From Fimbriosthenelais zetlandica (taxonomy: Eukaryota), in NCBI GenBank assembly GCA_977030845.1, contig OZ365113.1:13516001-13580000 (forward strand): a DNA stretch of 64,000 nt. The letters run 5' to 3'. The translations under genes were made by a program, and so were the position numbers. Positions 61,501 through 64,000 of this stretch are shown here, piece after piece. Under the pieces are notes generated by a model. The model was not told the DNA's origin. It searched no databases and was given only the letters and a program-made list of their open reading frames with translations. Position 1 is the stretch's first letter; each line of letters begins with the position of its first letter.

Positions 61501-64000
61501 CTTCACCAATTTCACCCTCTCTCTTATTTTACGGCCACACAAAGACCGTCTACATGATATACATGTAAATGGTGATTATGATTTATGGCTGATTTAGGAG
61601 CATGGTTCATGCATTATGTAATACTGGTAGAACAATATCGGCCCATCGCTGCTGTGGAACCTGTTCACCGGCAAAGGAAAACTCTCCACAAGGAAGGCCA
61701 CTGTTTGCAGCGTTATTGATTGTTATCCTTTCACTTATCCTGCTGGCATGCTCATTGACAGTTTTTTTTCTAGGGTAATTAGAAACGATCTGAATCTGAA
61801 GAATAGGACGATGATAGATTCGCTTTAAAAAACCCAGAATATCATTTTCATAACAATAAGCATATATGTGTAGGATGGAATTATATATAATGGGATATTT
61901 TATTATTAATTTTAATAATGTTTAGATAACGCACACATCTCGTTTTCCTACAAAATGTGAAAATGGATGATAATGAAGAGGTAGGATGATGCATCTGTTC
62001 CCCCCGGGCTTTGACTATAGCATGAATCATCCTCATTAACTGAGCGTCCTTCAGGTATTATACAGCCCCTAGTCCATGTACTCTAGTCCACATGGTCTCT
62101 TACCCCCCCCCCCCCCCCCCCCTCCCCCAGTTTTCAGGCACTAAGATCAATGTAGCTGTACCCAAACTCAAGTGGAAATCTAGGACCATTCAGACCCACC
62201 TCTGTCCCGATCAATGAGGAACTTATAGAATAGGGCGGGGTAGCAGGTGAGTCTAGGGCGGCGGGGTTGGGGGTGGGGGGGGGGGGGGTTAGTCATCTAG
62301 TGTGTGGACAATATCACCTGCTAACAGACAACACTTGTACCTTAATTCACAACACACAGTCACAATAAAGACCTACAGGAGGTCTACTTGTCCCCTTTTA
62401 CTTGATTAAAATCATGTTACTCCTTTGACGGTATCAGATTGGAGGTCTGTCCTATAACATTGAAGTTAACAGCGATGTCAGGGAATCTAAATATGAGTTA
62501 TTTGAAGAAATATTTGGCAAATGAATTTATATTTCCATAGATCGTAACTGTACCTGTAACGATACACTCGTTTCTATCTTTCAACAAAAGTGTCTGCATC
62601 AAATGTATGTGCATCACTTGGTATAATATTGATGGGTGATCTGAAACCTCTGTATTTTGACAACCCTCGATCAGTTGGGTTTCTGATCATGTCAGGATGA
62701 TGGAGATCATGGGCCCGCCACCACACTGCCAACTGTTGCAACCCCGACCAACCTCCAACAATAAGAGATTTTCTGGGAATAAAACGCCTAATTCATAAGA
62801 TTTGTAAGTGATCGATAACCAGCATACACATTTCAAGGACTTGCAATGCCTGGTGTGGGTGTGGAGATTGGAGGCGTGTAAGGGCTGTGTTGTGAGGCAT
62901 TCGAGTAATATGCAAGGCTTATGAATTGGTAATAGGAAGAGCAACTGCTCAACCGGTCAAATCCTTGGGGCCAGACGAGATTCAACTCGTGGCTTGGCAC
63001 TTGAGTAATTGCACAGTTACACAGAGTTGGATTGGAGTATGTAACATGTTGTTCCATTTCCCCTGTCCTCTTCTCTTACATACATGTACCTCCGCCCTAC
63101 AGCATTTTTACAACTCCCGTACAACACATATTTACCTCGTAAATTATCAAAATGATAAAGTAAAATTGCATTGGTTACAAAAAAAGAACTATAGAAATCA
63201 ATGAGTTAAGAGTCGATTCGGTTGTTAGTGCTGCTCTCATGGCCCCAGTCTCCTACGAGCAACTCATTTTTCCGGTGAATAATCTTCCATCTAATGTTGA
63301 CCATTTTCGCTGGGAAATATTCTTCATGGAAGATACCAACAGGTCTCCCATATTGATCCTATGCATCGATTGTGCCTATATGCTGCATAGCCAAGCCAAC
63401 ACCGACTATCTCAAATAGAAAAGTGATTTATCTCTCGGCTGATTGACTTGCCTCCTGCTATCATGATGGGCTGGGAGCGCAGCCTTGCCTCCCTCTCCAG
63501 CCATCTCTTTTTTTTTGCTCTTCTTGGTTATCCTGCTTGCATACCTTTGTGAACAGACACATAAATACATAGAACTGACCAAGGGCTAGTCTGGCTGGAT
63601 GATGCATCTCAGACACTAGATCGTCCGCCCAGGCCTTCTCAATATTGACTGTTATTATTCCACCTCCATTATTACAAAACCACAAATTATCCCTCCCACG
63701 TTTTGATATGAGATAAAAATGTGCTGAAATTTTGGTCGTCCAGGATTTCTTGATTTTTCCTCGAGTATCACTATGACCCTGACCGTAGATATTGCTCTGA
63801 CATTAAACACCAAACGCCCACCTGCTCTCTTGCCCTTTTCAATTATCATGTCCATCATCAGCATTCTGCCATATTGCTGAAATGCACTTTACATATCAGG
63901 GATATTATTGAGGGAAGTCAAATATTAAGGTCTTTGCTGGGATGATAAGGGTGTTTTGTGTGTGTGTCAAGTGGTGGGAATTGGCCTGGTGTGGGTGTCA

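Noticed and set aside
47074-64000. Search for CADPS exon 2 (expected LDNxDEQAAxIRRELDGR)
   Set aside because: No such peptide seen in the ORF track or by eye; the exon is presumably beyond the window, although a short exon could have been missed.
1-64000. CRISPR arrays, tRNA, rRNA, snoRNA or prokaryotic operon structure
   Set aside because: The sequence is spliceosomal-intron eukaryotic DNA; no repeat-spacer array, cloverleaf or convincing C/D box pair was seen.

Overview
This window is animal genomic DNA, AT-rich and intron-rich, probably from a mollusc/bivalve (inferred from composition and a strong excess of TACATGTA). It is not prokaryotic: I found no CRISPR array, rRNA or tRNA. Two genes sit head-to-head. 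(1) On the minus strand is a complete KMT2E(MLL5)/SETD5/UpSET-family gene that I assembled by hand from GT-AG sites. It has 27 coding exons from ATG 41884 to TGA 6386 (7437 nt, about 2478 aa, every junction in frame) and a probable non-coding first exon at about 45527-45960. The protein carries the HCF-1-binding motif DHNY, a PHD finger, a catalytically degenerate SET domain and a very long disordered C-terminus. (2) On the plus strand is the first coding exon (46240-47073) of CADPS/CAPS/UNC-31, followed by an intron of more than 16 kb; exon 2 was not found in the window. The most interesting signals are: two uORFs that both overlap the KMT2E start codon (one by an ATGA stop/start overlap); a compact bidirectional promoter with NRF1 and YY1 motifs joining two genes whose human paralogues remain on the same chromosome arms (3p and 7q); a 12x [K/R]SP block between PHD and SET; an 8x33-bp coding VNTR; twin AGGTCAnTGACCA nuclear-receptor elements in the last intron; CAGGG-ended MITEs with 5-bp flanking duplications; several candidate alternative or poison exons; and a decayed, internally duplicated coding relic at 54.5-56.9 kb. 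No new biological system is proven from sequence alone; the regulatory and splicing calls are hypotheses.
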